NCBI GenBank assembly: GCA_963787125.1
Contig: CAWBBV010000005.1
Location: 75,831 to 139,830 of the forward strand
Direction of reading: 5' to 3'
Length of the DNA stretch: 64,000 nt
Source of the DNA: an uncultured delta proteobacterium
GTDB lineage: Bacteria > Desulfobacterota > Desulfuromonadia > Geobacterales > DSM-12255
Shown: positions 52,454-61,926 of the stretch, one piece after another
How positions within the stretch are numbered: the first letter of the stretch is position 1
How the letters are laid out: each line of letters opens with the position of its first letter
Notes under the pieces: generated by a model
Databases searched by the model: none
What the model was told of the DNA's origin: nothing
Seen by the model: the letters and a program-made list of their open reading frames with translations, nothing else
Translations under genes and position numbers: made by a program

Positions 52454-53311
52454 ATGACCAATAAATCCTTGATAATAAATGCCGATGATTTCGGCATCTC
52501 GGAAAGTGTCAACAGGGCTGTCATCAGGGGGTGGCACGAGGGCCTCCTGACCTCAGCGTCACTCATGGTAACCGGTGATGCTTTTGACGATGCCGTTGCA
52601 CTGGCTCGAAACAGTCCGGGGCTGCAGCTCGGACTGCATCTGACCCTTGTGCAGGGCCGCTCAGCAACCATTCACAGAGGGTTTCCGGCCCTGACCGATC
52701 ATCCCGGTGATTTCCCTAATGATCCGGTCTTTGCCGGGATGAGAATGTTCTTTCTTAAACCTTTACACAAGCAGATAGAGATCGAGATCGTTGCACAGAT
52801 TGAGAAATTTCTTGCCACTGGCATACCGCTGACTCATATCGACGGACATCTCAATATCCATATGCATCCGACAGTATTCGGGATACTCTGCAAGCTGATG
52901 CCGAAGTACGGAATCAGTACCTTTCGCTTAAGCCGTGAACACCTTGGCCCGGAACTGCGTATAGCTCCGGGAAGGAGATACGGTAAAGCTGTGGAGGCTT
53001 TCATCTTCGGCAAGCTTGCAGAGCGTTGCCGGCCTGAACTTGTGTTGCGCAGAATCAATTTTGCCAATGCGGTAAAGGGGCTGCTCAACTCCGGCAAGAT
53101 AACCGAAGACTATCTCCTGAAAGCTCTTGACACTGTTCAGGAGGGCTTAACCGAGATCTATCTGCACCCGGCAGACAGTGATAATCCACAGATGCCGGAC
53201 TACCGGCAAAAAGATGAAGCAGCAGCGCTAACAAGTCCAAAGGTCAGGGAAAAGATCAAGAGCATGGGGATACGACTCTGCAATTATCGCGGCGAGGTAA
53301 AGGATGTTTAA
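52454..53311 (+). CDS. hpnK: Hopanoid biosynthesis-associated ChbG/YdjC family deacetylase
   Basis: INADDFG, LTSASLMV, GLHLTL, HIDGHLNIHMHP, EIYLHP. Confidence 0.8.
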   Translation: MTNKSLIINADDFGISESVNRAVIRGWHEGLLTSASLMVTGDAFDDAVALARNSPGLQLGLHLTLVQGRSATIHRGFPALTDHPGDFPNDPVFAGMRMFFLKPLHKQIEIEIVAQIEKFLATGIPLTHIDGHLNIHMHPTVFGILCKLMPKYGISTFRLSREHLGPELRIAPGRRYGKAVEAFIFGKLAERCRPELVLRRINFANAVKGLLNSGKITEDYLLKALDTVQEGLTEIYLHPADSDNPQMPDYRQKDEAAALTSPKVREKIKSMGIRLCNYRGEVKDV

Positions 53312-53684
53312 GACTCTTCTTGTAATGCTTCTGGCTGTCAGTGCCGGCACAATCGGCGACATCCTCCTGGCAAAAGGGATGAAAGAGATGGGGGATGTTT
53401 CGGCGATGAATCTGCGCGGGATTCTCGAAGCAGCATATCAGGCGCTGACAACTCCAAAGCTGGTGATCGGCACAGCAATGCTGGCGATATTTTTTTTCCT
53501 CTGGCTGGCAGTCCTCTCCTGGGAGGACCTGTCGGTCGCTCTGCCAATGCAGGCGCTCAACTATGTTCTGGTAGCTTTTTTATCGCAGTACTTTCTGGGG
53601 GAGACAGTTTCGCCTCTCAGATGGGCGGGAACAGTGCTGGTTTGCATCGGGGTAGTTATGATAACTAAAAGTAGCGGCAGTTAA
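53304..53684 (+). CDS. EamA/DMT family small membrane transporter
   Basis: 126 aa, 4 TM; LSVALP, FLGETVS..RWAG. Confidence 0.8.
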   Translation: MFKTLLVMLLAVSAGTIGDILLAKGMKEMGDVSAMNLRGILEAAYQALTTPKLVIGTAMLAIFFFLWLAVLSWEDLSVALPMQALNYVLVAFLSQYFLGETVSPLRWAGTVLVCIGVVMITKSSGS

Positions 53685-53689
53685 GCAGG

Positions 53690-54055
53690 TTAATTCTTTG
53701 GCGGGATAGTCAACTGCCGCCGTACCAGCGTAAAGTTATAGGGTTTTATCTCGCCGGGGCGGCGAATTTTTATCAGTACCTTTGTTCCGGCTCTACCGCG
53801 CAGCCGGTATTCGACCATTTCATTAAAATTACTCCCTTCGGTTGCCTTGCCATCAATGTGAGTGATGACGTCTCCCACCTTTATTCCCGCCAGATGCGCC
53901 GGACCACCTTCCACCAGCTGTTTGATAACAATCCGGCCATCTGCCCATGGGGCACCGTCAATACCGATTCCGCCGAAGTTTTTAGCGGAAACTGCGCCAA
54001 AAGCGGCAAAAGCAGTTTGAATAATAAGCATAGCTGCAATGAGGATAATTTTCAT
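53690..54055 (-). CDS. Exported PDZ domain protein
   Basis: FGGIGI...GGPAHLAGIKVGDVITHIDG...LRGRAGTKV. Confidence 0.85.
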   Translation of the reverse strand: MKIILIAAMLIIQTAFAAFGAVSAKNFGGIGIDGAPWADGRIVIKQLVEGGPAHLAGIKVGDVITHIDGKATEGSNFNEMVEYRLRGRAGTKVLIKIRRPGEIKPYNFTLVRRQLTIPPKN

Positions 54056-54133
54056 AATGCGTTAAATATAGCTTAGGCAGCAAACAAGGTCAACAGGCAG
54101 CTAAAAACAACCGCCAAGTCAATATTTATCAAC

Positions 54134-54172
54134 AAAAAAGGGAACTTCAGAGGTTTGATCCGAAGTTCCCTT
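54134..54172 (-). terminator. Terminator downstream of tRNA-Arg
   Basis: AAGGGAACTTC...GAAGTTCCCTTTTTT on the minus strand. Confidence 0.65.
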
Positions 54173-54182
54173 AAATATTTAT

Positions 54183-54259
54183 TGGCGCGCCCGGACCGAT
54201 TCGAACGGCCGACCACCTGGTTCGAAGCCAGGGACTCTATCCAGCTGAGCTACGGGCGC
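54183..54259 (-). tRNA. tRNA-Arg (anticodon UCG)
   Basis: GCGCCCGTAGCTCAGCTGGATAGAGTCCCTGGCTTCGAACCAGGTGGTCGGCCGTTCGAATCGGTCCGGGCGCGCCA: 77-nt cloverleaf with encoded CCA. Confidence 0.96.
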
Positions 54260-54393
54260 GTACAAGACACAGTACTACATTTATTCGACTCAAGCAAGCA
54301 GAGGCTGCTTCCTGAGCTTTTTCTGGTATTTACAGACAGTTTTGGTGTATAACCTTCACGCCGTTCTACTTTAAATATTAAAGGACCTCTAAA

Positions 54394-54999
54394 ATGCACG
54401 AACTTATCAACTCACTCCTGACGACCATGAACGCCATGGGGTACCCGGGTATTTTCATTCTCATGGCTATGGAGAGCTCTGTAATCCCGGTCCCAAGCGA
54501 ACTGGTCATGCCCCCGGCTGGCTATCTCGCCCATCTGGGGCAGATGAACATCTGGGTCGCCATCCTCATGGGGACAGTTGGCAGCCTTGTCGGTGCGTAT
54601 GCCAACTACTTTACCGCCCGCTGGCTGGGACGGCCACTGGTACTGAAGTATGGCAAGTACGTCTGGATAACTGAGGAGAAATTTGCCAAGGTGGAGCAGT
54701 TTTTCCTGAAACATGGTGAAATTTCAACTTTCATCGGCAGGCTGTTGCCGGTTATTCGCCACCTTATTTCCATCCCGGCTGGAATCGCCGGCATGAATCA
54801 CCTCCGCTTCTCCCTTTATACCGTTGTTGGCGCCGGCATGTGGTGCACTATCCTGGCGTGGATCGGCTACTTTATCGGCGAAAAACAGGAACTCATCATG
54901 AAATACTCACATCAGGCAGTTGTTGGTGTGATCCTCTTCAGTGCACTTTTGATAGCTGTTTATATCTGGAAGCAGAAAAACAACAAGGCTGATGCTTAG
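54394..54999 (+). CDS. DedA family membrane protein
   Basis: MESSVIPVPSELVMPPAG, FIGRLLPVIRHLISIPAG. Confidence 0.92.
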   Translation: MHELINSLLTTMNAMGYPGIFILMAMESSVIPVPSELVMPPAGYLAHLGQMNIWVAILMGTVGSLVGAYANYFTARWLGRPLVLKYGKYVWITEEKFAKVEQFFLKHGEISTFIGRLLPVIRHLISIPAGIAGMNHLRFSLYTVVGAGMWCTILAWIGYFIGEKQELIMKYSHQAVVGVILFSALLIAVYIWKQKNNKADA

Positions 55000-55082
55000 A
55001 AATTGCAGCAATCCGACAAAAAATAGCCACTTTTCGGGCAGGACCCAAAAAGTGGCTATAAAGTATATTTAACAAAAAAACT

Positions 55083-55172
55083 CTACTTTGCCTTATAGGC
55101 GCTATAGGACAGAATCTGGGCAACTAACACAAAAGACGAAACTACCAATAATCCTGCGATAATTAGTGACAT
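55083..55172 (-). CDS. Putative 29-aa single-pass membrane peptide (not in the ORF track)
   Basis: MSLIIAGLLVVSSFVLVAQILSYSAYKAK; AAGGAG RBS 7 nt upstream; sigma54 motif about 40 nt upstream. Confidence 0.55.
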   Translation of the reverse strand: MSLIIAGLLVVSSFVLVAQILSYSAYKAK

Positions 55173-55211
55173 AAGAATTCTCCTTTAGGTTTGGATTTTA
55201 ATTTTAATTAT

Positions 55212-55228
55212 TGCTTGTTCCATGCCAC
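55212..55228 (-). promoter_or_regulatory. Putative sigma54 promoter of the small peptide
   Basis: GTGGCATGGAACAAGCA = GG-N10-GC. Confidence 0.55.
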
Positions 55229-55547
55229 AAATCTGGAAACTTTGGATTTTAATTAAAATTAGCGCCTGCCTATCTAAAAACAGAATCATATTCACGCCCT
55301 AACCTTACTCATCCCATCATTTCAATAAGTTGCACAAGATACAATTTGGCTTATGACAATCAATCGACCACGGCCTAAATGATGATGATTTATCAATAAA
55401 CTGGTTCAAATCTGTTTTATGCGAACTTATGCCAAAAAACGTCATTTCAGCTAAAAAACGGACATAAACCGTTTTGAGACACTTCCCGACTCTAAATGTC
55501 CTATCGGCATGCTACCGCTAACAACAGATTAGAACCTGTATAAAACA

Positions 55548-55581
55548 AGAAAAGGCGAGGGGTAAACTCCTCGCCTTTTCT
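55548..55581 (-). terminator. Terminator after the transaldolase gene
   Basis: AGAAAAGGCGAGG...CCTCGCCTTTTCT. Confidence 0.75.
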
Positions 55582-55606
55582 ACTGCTGCCGATGTTGTCA
55601 ATGATT

Positions 55607-56251
55607 CTATTTTGGCACTTTTTCCCAATCCTCAAGAAACTTCTTGATGCCGGCATCAGTGAGCGGATGTTTGGACAGCTGCATCATAACGCTGTACGGA
55701 ATGGTCGCCACATCAGCACCGATAAGAGCAGAGTCCAGCACATGGATCGGATTGCGAATGCTGGCAACGATGATTTCGGCATCGTAGCCGTAATTATCAA
55801 AGATAGTCCTGATGTCATCGATAATCCCCATACCGTCCTGCGAAATATCGTCGAGACGACCAACAAACGGAGACACATATGTTGCCCCCGCTTTTGCAGC
55901 CAAAAGTGCCTGCATCGCAGTGAATATCAAAGTAACATTAGTTTTTATCCCCTTTTCCGTCAGGGTTTTGGTTGCCTTGAGCCCTTCGGCGCACATCGGC
56001 AGCTTGATGACAATATTCTTGTGGATCTTTGCCAGCTCAAGCGCCTCAACTATCATACCGTCGTGCTCAAGAGAGATAACTTCGGCAGAGATCGGCCCGT
56101 CAACGATACTGACTATCTCCTTGATAACATCTTCAAATTTGCGTCCCGATTTTGCGATAAGAGATGGATTTGTGGTTACTCCGTCAACCAATCCAAGTGC
56201 GTGAGCTTCCCTGATCTCATTAACATCCGCAGTGTCGATAAAAAACTTCAT
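55607..56251 (-). CDS. fsa: Transaldolase / fructose-6-phosphate aldolase family protein
   Basis: [50 protein letters not shown]. Confidence 0.9.
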   Translation of the reverse strand: MKFFIDTADVNEIREAHALGLVDGVTTNPSLIAKSGRKFEDVIKEIVSIVDGPISAEVISLEHDGMIVEALELAKIHKNIVIKLPMCAEGLKATKTLTEKGIKTNVTLIFTAMQALLAAKAGATYVSPFVGRLDDISQDGMGIIDDIRTIFDNYGYDAEIIVASIRNPIHVLDSALIGADVATIPYSVMMQLSKHPLTDAGIKKFLEDWEKVPK

Positions 56252-56265
56252 AAATCCTCCGTAGT

Positions 56266-56511
56266 TCAGTTTGATTTGCTTTGCAGTTTTTCCTGATATT
56301 TCTCAAGGCAGCCAATAGAGCAGAAATAAATTTTTTCACCTTCCAATCGCCCGACCGTGGCATCTTCCGGCAACACGTACATGCCACAGACCGGATCCTG
56401 AAACGCTTCTGAGTCTTTAAGCGGCTTTGCAGCTGCCTCTTTATTGGCACAAAAGCCTTTAACGATCCGGTAGCCGATGTAACCTAATAAAAGCCAGAGA
56501 ATAATTCTCAA
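56266..56511 (-). CDS. YHS domain protein with N-terminal TM helix
   Basis: DPVCGMYV...YFCSIGC. Confidence 0.8.
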   Translation of the reverse strand: MRIILWLLLGYIGYRIVKGFCANKEAAAKPLKDSEAFQDPVCGMYVLPEDATVGRLEGEKIYFCSIGCLEKYQEKLQSKSN

Positions 56512-56521
56512 ATTGGATCCT

Positions 56522-57013
56522 TTAAATTTTCCTTACCTGTGAATTCTCATCCAGACCGGCAAGTAATTCGCTGATGGTTTTATGTAAACAAGGGTGACAG
56601 TAATCAGAAGCAATCTCAGCAAGCGGTGCCAGCACAAATCTCCGTTGGTGCAGCCGTGGATGAGGGATCACCAGAGTCGGCGGCCTGTCGATCAGCGCCT
56701 CCCCGTAAAGCAGCAGGTCGAGGTCCATTCTGCGCGACTCTATTCCGGAAACTCTCTCTCTGCGGAAAACAGCTGTCTCGATCCGCATCAGCTCATTCAG
56801 CAGTTCATCCGGGCTCAAGGAACTTTCCAGCTTTAAAACCGCATTGAGGAAATTTTCAGCGGACTCCATGCCGACAGGCTCGGTGTCATAAAATGACGAT
56901 AGCGCCGTAACCTTTGAGTCAGGCAACTGCCCGATTGCAGCAACCGCCCGGAGAAGATTCCCTTCTCTGTCACCAATATTCGAGCCAAGGGCTATATAGA
57001 TATCCTTTTCCAC
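56522..57013 (-). CDS. folK: 2-amino-4-hydroxy-6-hydroxymethyldihydropteridine pyrophosphokinase
   Basis: IALGSNIGD, FLNAV, RRMDLDLL, IPHPRLHQRRFVLAPLAEI. Confidence 0.93.
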   Translation of the reverse strand: MEKDIYIALGSNIGDREGNLLRAVAAIGQLPDSKVTALSSFYDTEPVGMESAENFLNAVLKLESSLSPDELLNELMRIETAVFRRERVSGIESRRMDLDLLLYGEALIDRPPTLVIPHPRLHQRRFVLAPLAEIASDYCHPCLHKTISELLAGLDENSQVRKI

Positions 57014-57300
57014 GATCAGGTATTAGAACATAGTCGCAAGGGATTTTCAACGCCTGAAGAATTAAAGCATTTGAACTGGAATAAGTTATCTAGAGGGTTG
57101 CGACAAGCCAGCCGTCACCTGACCTTTCCAAATATACGTAGCTTGTGGCCGTCCTTTCTGACGGGCAAAAGCTCCAGTTCACAGCAAGATAAACATTTCT
57201 CAGCAAAGTTGACTTATAACTGATTGAAAACCTGACTCACAGAAGGTATCATCCTGAAGAATAAACGTTTAAACTATCTGCCAAGAAACAGGAGATACCC

Positions 57301-58014
57301 ATGAGCAGAGTCAGCATGAAAGATGTTGCGACGATCAAAGAAGGGATACGGCGTTGCGAGTTTCTTGTTTCCGAAGAGAACTATGCGAAAAACCCGCTCC
57401 TCCCTGACTTCAGCCAACTGCTCGAGCTGACAAGGGAAAGTGTGCAGTTGGCCGAATTAGCTGCCAGGGATATTGATCGCCTCAAGACCCAGCTTGGAGA
57501 AATGACCCGGTCTCTTGATCTGGCTACCAGAATCGACCCGCTGACCGGACTGGCAAACAGGCGCGACATTTCTGACAAGATAGATCAGGAACATAGCCGT
57601 GCCCTACGCCATCAGCGGACATATTCGATCATTATGGCCGATATCGATAACTTCAAGCAGGTAAACGACACCTATGGCATCAATCACGGTGACGATGTCC
57701 TGTTCGAGCTTTCGTGCCTGCTACGGGAGTGTGTCAGGAGTGAGGATTTTTGCGCTCGCTGGGGAGGTGAGGAATTTCTCTTTCTCCTCCCGGAAACCGG
57801 CATCGATGGGGCGCTGTCCGTAGCCAATAAAATAATCCAGTCTGTGGCCATGACCGAGTTCAAGGCAAACAAACCAGGCATCCGGATCACTGTTAGTCTT
57901 GGAATCTGCGAATACCGGGCAGGGCAGACTGTGGATGATTGCCTCAAAAACGTAGATCAGGCCTTGCTCCAGGCAAAAAATAACGGTAAGAACTGTTACA
58001 GCGCCGCCAGTTAG
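57301..58014 (+). CDS. GGDEF diguanylate cyclase with N-terminal coiled coil
   Basis: DPLTGLANRR, DIDNFKQVND, RSED I-site, RWGGEEF. Confidence 0.9.
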   Translation: MSRVSMKDVATIKEGIRRCEFLVSEENYAKNPLLPDFSQLLELTRESVQLAELAARDIDRLKTQLGEMTRSLDLATRIDPLTGLANRRDISDKIDQEHSRALRHQRTYSIIMADIDNFKQVNDTYGINHGDDVLFELSCLLRECVRSEDFCARWGGEEFLFLLPETGIDGALSVANKIIQSVAMTEFKANKPGIRITVSLGICEYRAGQTVDDCLKNVDQALLQAKNNGKNCYSAAS

Positions 58015-58056
58015 ATCTAAATCTGACTGGCAGTTTTAAACCGCCAAGTACAGGAT

Positions 58057-58096
58057 AATAAAGGCCGCTCCCAGGGATCAGGGAGCGGCCTTTATT
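58057..58096. terminator. Bidirectional terminator
   Basis: AATAAAGGCCGCTCCC...GGGAGCGGCCTTTATT between convergent genes. Confidence 0.8.
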
Positions 58097-58120
58097 GTTT
58101 TCATTATGCGGCTGCGAATT

Positions 58121-58939
58121 CTACACCGGCTTCACCTTTGGAATGAAGATCTCATCAGGATCAAGCACCTCGTGAATAATCCGCAGCTCCTCGCGGGTCG
58201 GCAACTCGGTATCACCTTTTACCCTTGAAATATCCAGCTCGAACTGGCAAAGCCCCTTGATCTCTTCAGGAGTTTTCCCCGGGTGGCAGGTATCGAGATA
58301 CATCAGTCCGCTACCTTCATCAAAACGGAATACCCCGGCGGTACTGATGACCGCTGACGGTCCGCCGCGAAAAGCAGCGCCGTAAAGTTCACGCCGATGG
58401 ACAAACTCACCGCCGGGCCACTTTTTAACCCGCCAGCCGGGGCTGGTGATGTAGCTGACCTGCTCCACAAAACGCCGCTTTTCATGCACCATGATAAAGA
58501 CTGTCCGCCTGGCAAAGGAGTTGATATCCGGGTTACCGCCACTGCCGGTAAGTCGCAGTTCCGGGTTCAGATAGTCGCCGATACAGGTGGTATTGACATT
58601 GCCGTACATATCAACTTCAGCGCCGCCGAGAAAACCGAGATCAACGAGACCTCGCTGGGCAATACTGAAGGCATCATTAAGTCCGGAGGAGCGGGAAGCT
58701 CCCATCTCGCAACGGGCATCGCCAACTGACGTCGGTAACTCAGGTGGCCGTCCGTCCAGGGTTCCAGCTTCGAAGATCAGTTTCAGGTTGGGGGCATGAG
58801 TCTTTTGTGCCAGCATGATAGCAACCATGGGCAGGCCGGTGCCGGCAAAGACTATCTCATTGTCCGCCACCTCGCGGGAAGCTGCACAGCAGAGCAGGTC
58901 AGCAAGACCGAACTCTTCAGGTTTCGCATACTCTGACAT
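58121..58939 (-). CDS. Family I CoA-transferase beta subunit (glutaconate CoA-transferase-like)
   Basis: FAGTGLP, LIFEAG (putative catalytic Glu), GFLGGAEVDMYGNVN, GSGG; ATG at 58939. Confidence 0.85.
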   Translation of the reverse strand: MSEYAKPEEFGLADLLCCAASREVADNEIVFAGTGLPMVAIMLAQKTHAPNLKLIFEAGTLDGRPPELPTSVGDARCEMGASRSSGLNDAFSIAQRGLVDLGFLGGAEVDMYGNVNTTCIGDYLNPELRLTGSGGNPDINSFARRTVFIMVHEKRRFVEQVSYITSPGWRVKKWPGGEFVHRRELYGAAFRGGPSAVISTAGVFRFDEGSGLMYLDTCHPGKTPEEIKGLCQFELDISRVKGDTELPTREELRIIHEVLDPDEIFIPKVKPV

Positions 58940-58940
58940 A

Positions 58941-59909
58941 TTATTTACCCCCCTTCTTCTCACGCGGGCTGTAGTTCAAGGCAGTATTGGCCTTCAGCTT
59001 CAGCATGCGCGGCCACCCAAGCTTCTCCAGATAACTCATATGGTCATGACCGTGAATCCACTCTTTGGCAAAATCGTCAAACCCTTCCTGGGTGCGGGTT
59101 CTGCCATAAAAATCTTTCAGGAAGTTGCCATCTACATCATAGCGGCCGAACATTCCGGTCGGATGGCCGCCAAACGGGCACTCAAGGATATAGTCAACCT
59201 CAAAACTCGGGATGGTATTCTGGTCGGCGTTACGGCGCAGATACTCCTCCGGCACTATCTCCTCCGCTATGGCAATCGTTATATCGGCAGTGCGGGCTGC
59301 CTCAGGGTCCGAGTAATACTGGCCATTGACTCTGACAGTCCCTTCATCGCCAACCTGCTGAACACAGAGAATTGCCACATCGATCTTCACCGCCGGGATC
59401 AGCACCTGAGCACCGGCATCAAAAAACGGATCTTCCGTAAAGACATACTTCTGCTTGGCAATCCGCTTACCGTCACGCAGCCCGGCCCGGCCAAGCATAT
59501 CATATTCAGGATTGTGGATATCGGTGCCAAGGGACGTCTGGGTGACCGCATAGGCGGCCCCCTGGGCGGCAGCGGCGAAACGGAACATCATTTCGGCATG
59601 GCTGTAATCCTCGACAATGATCTCCTTGTTACCGACCTTACGGGAAAGATTGGCGCCGTATTTGCCGTAAAGCTCATGGCCGACCCAGCATGACTCCCAG
59701 ATATCGACGCAACCGGCTCCAACCAGAAATTCTGTCTGGGGACCGCCGTTCACTTCGATGAGGTGAAGATTTTTCCGCTTCTGCCGGATCAGTTCGTAAA
59801 TTAGAGCAAATGGTCTGCGCCAGATCGTAAAGCCGGAAAACGTTAGACTGGAGCCGTTCTTGACTATCTCGGCCGCCTGTTGCAGGGTAATACGCTTATC
59901 GGTACTCAT
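58941..59909 (-). CDS. Family I CoA-transferase alpha subunit (glutaconate CoA-transferase-like)
   Basis: SGFTIWRRPFALIYELIRQ, LGTD, AEEIVP, PFGGHPT. Confidence 0.85.
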   Translation of the reverse strand: MSTDKRITLQQAAEIVKNGSSLTFSGFTIWRRPFALIYELIRQKRKNLHLIEVNGGPQTEFLVGAGCVDIWESCWVGHELYGKYGANLSRKVGNKEIIVEDYSHAEMMFRFAAAAQGAAYAVTQTSLGTDIHNPEYDMLGRAGLRDGKRIAKQKYVFTEDPFFDAGAQVLIPAVKIDVAILCVQQVGDEGTVRVNGQYYSDPEAARTADITIAIAEEIVPEEYLRRNADQNTIPSFEVDYILECPFGGHPTGMFGRYDVDGNFLKDFYGRTRTQEGFDDFAKEWIHGHDHMSYLEKLGWPRMLKLKANTALNYSPREKKGGK

Positions 59910-59926
59910 CCATTCCTCCTTGCAAC

Positions 59927-61084
59927 CTAATTGAAGTTTCTCAAAATCTCCCGCGAAATTATCAAGCGCTGGATTTCGCTGGTTCCCTCGTAAATGGAAG
60001 TTATCCTGGCATCCCGGGTAAACCGCTCAATCGGGAAGTCCTGGGTGTAGCCATAGCCGCCCAGCATCTGCATGGCACTGTAACAGGCACGGTTGGCTGA
60101 TTCGGTGGCGAAGAGTTTGGCCATGGAGGCCTCTTTGGCATAGGACTTGCCATTCTCCTTGCGCCAGGCGGCACTCATGAGAAGGAGTCTGGCCGCTTCA
60201 AGCTCAGTGTAACCATCAGCCACCATCCACTGCAGAGCCTGAAAACTGCTGATCTTCTGCCCAAACTGAACCCGCTCGGTCGTATATTTTGTGGCATAAT
60301 CCATTGCTGCCAGACCGACGCCAAGACCCAGTGAACCGATGCCGATCCGTCCACCGGTAAGCTCTGCCACGGCAATCCTGAAGCCGTCATTCAGTTTACC
60401 CATCATGGCACTTGCCGGAACACGGCAGTTGTCGAAGATAAGCTCGTTGGTTGCCGAAGCGTGCTGTCCCATTTTGTGTTCTTCTTTGCCGATTATCAGG
60501 CCGGGCGTACCGGACTCGACCAGAAAGCAACTGATACCTTTCCCCTTCGGCGCATCTTTATCGGTAACCGCCCAGACAACAAAAACACCGGCATAGGGAG
60601 CACTGGTGATAAAAATCTTGGCGCCGTTCAGGATGTAAAAGTCGCCGTCCTTAACAGCCTGGGTCGACATCCCTGACGGGTCGGATCCAGCACATGTCTC
60701 AGTCAGTCCGAAACCACCGGCAGCATACTCACCGGAGCAAATCTTAGGGATATATGCAAGCTTCTGCGCTTCAGTGCCGACCGCCTGAATTACCTCGCAA
60801 ACCATATTGTTTACAGAAACAGTGACGGCTGTGGACGCGCAGACCCGGGCAATTTCGGTGATTGCCAGACTAAAGGCGATAACACCTGCCTCACTGCCAC
60901 CATACTGCTCCTTGACGTTAAGCCCCATAAAGCCGAGCTCGGCAAGTTTTTTCAGGTTCGCCAGCAGCGGCCCGCGGTCGCCCCCCTGATCAAGCTGGCT
61001 GGCAACCGGCTCCAGCTCTGTCTTGGCAAAGTCACGGGCAGTCTCCTGAATAAGCTTCTGTTCTTCGGTCAACTCCAGATACAT
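59927..61084 (-). CDS. Acyl-CoA dehydrogenase (short/branched-chain type)
   Basis: FGLTE..AGSD, LNGAKIFIT, RVQFG, QMLGGYGY, IYEGTSEIQR; ATG at 61084. Confidence 0.92.
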   Translation of the reverse strand: MYLELTEEQKLIQETARDFAKTELEPVASQLDQGGDRGPLLANLKKLAELGFMGLNVKEQYGGSEAGVIAFSLAITEIARVCASTAVTVSVNNMVCEVIQAVGTEAQKLAYIPKICSGEYAAGGFGLTETCAGSDPSGMSTQAVKDGDFYILNGAKIFITSAPYAGVFVVWAVTDKDAPKGKGISCFLVESGTPGLIIGKEEHKMGQHASATNELIFDNCRVPASAMMGKLNDGFRIAVAELTGGRIGIGSLGLGVGLAAMDYATKYTTERVQFGQKISSFQALQWMVADGYTELEAARLLLMSAAWRKENGKSYAKEASMAKLFATESANRACYSAMQMLGGYGYTQDFPIERFTRDARITSIYEGTSEIQRLIISREILRNFN

Positions 61085-61104
61085 GCGTTTACCTCCTTTT
61101 GAGA

Positions 61105-61926
61105 TCACTTCACGGCAACTACCGGCACATCCTTCTCCTGCCCCCACTTTTCCCACTCTGTAGCCGTTTTTGTTTGAAAGACCGCTTGATATTCGTGCAC
61201 TGTTGAAATTTCGAGCTCGCTCTCCAGCCGGCTCTTAAAGTGCGGTTCAAGGGCTGCAACGGCAACCCAACCGTCTGCAGCCTGATACATACTGTATTCA
61301 GGGATCCCCCCGCCAAGAATTGCACCTTCAGCCGTACAACCATAGCGAAGCGGCTCACTCATCCATTCGGCAGCGGTGGAGAGTGCAACTTCAGCGTAAC
61401 CTGCCTCTTTGCAACGCTCCCGCCGCAGCAACAACTCCAACGCTGCAGAAAGCGTCTGCTCGGCGCCTGCCATATCAGCCATAAGTGTTCGCGGCATATA
61501 CGGAGGCGTAAGCAGTCCCAGCGATGCCTGATAGGTCAGATCGTGCCCCGCCTCGTTCTCCCGGGGCGCCGGATAACCGGTAATGGCTACCTGACAAAGG
61601 CGCGGATACTTACTTTGCAGCTCAGCCCAGCCAAGCCCCAGGCGCTCCATGGCAGCAGGTCGTGTGGCACTGATGAGAAGATCTGCGTGGCTCAAGAGCC
61701 CATCGAGAATGTTCCGACCTTCATCGTTCTTGAGATCAATTCTTACCACTTCATGACCTGCTGCCATATCCCGGTACCAACCGGCATGATAGAGCTCCAT
61801 GGGGTCGCCAGATGGTGGCTCGACCTTGACTACAGTGGCACCAAGCTGAAAAAGACGCATGGCTGCTGCCGGCCCGGGAAGGTTAACCGCCAGATTTACC
61901 ACCTGTATGCCGGTAAGACTCTTCAT
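61105..61926 (-). CDS. CaiB/BaiF family (class III) CoA-transferase, short form
   Basis: [35 protein letters not shown]. Confidence 0.85.
   Translation of the reverse strand: MKSLTGIQVVNLAVNLPGPAAAMRLFQLGATVVKVEPPSGDPMELYHAGWYRDMAAGHEVVRIDLKNDEGRNILDGLLSHADLLISATRPAAMERLGLGWAELQSKYPRLCQVAITGYPAPRENEAGHDLTYQASLGLLTPPYMPRTLMADMAGAEQTLSAALELLLRRERCKEAGYAEVALSTAAEWMSEPLRYGCTAEGAILGGGIPEYSMYQAADGWVAVAALEPHFKSRLESELEISTVHEYQAVFQTKTATEWEKWGQEKDVPVVAVK

Noticed and set aside
57086..57110. TTATCTAGAG start resembling a SAM-I riboswitch
   Set aside because: No GAGGGA..GGCCC kink-turn, GCAACC or GGTGC elements follow
57301..58014. Possible Hypr GGDEF (3',3'-cGAMP synthase)
   Set aside because: It keeps Asp at the specificity position (NHGD), consistent with an ordinary diguanylate cyclase
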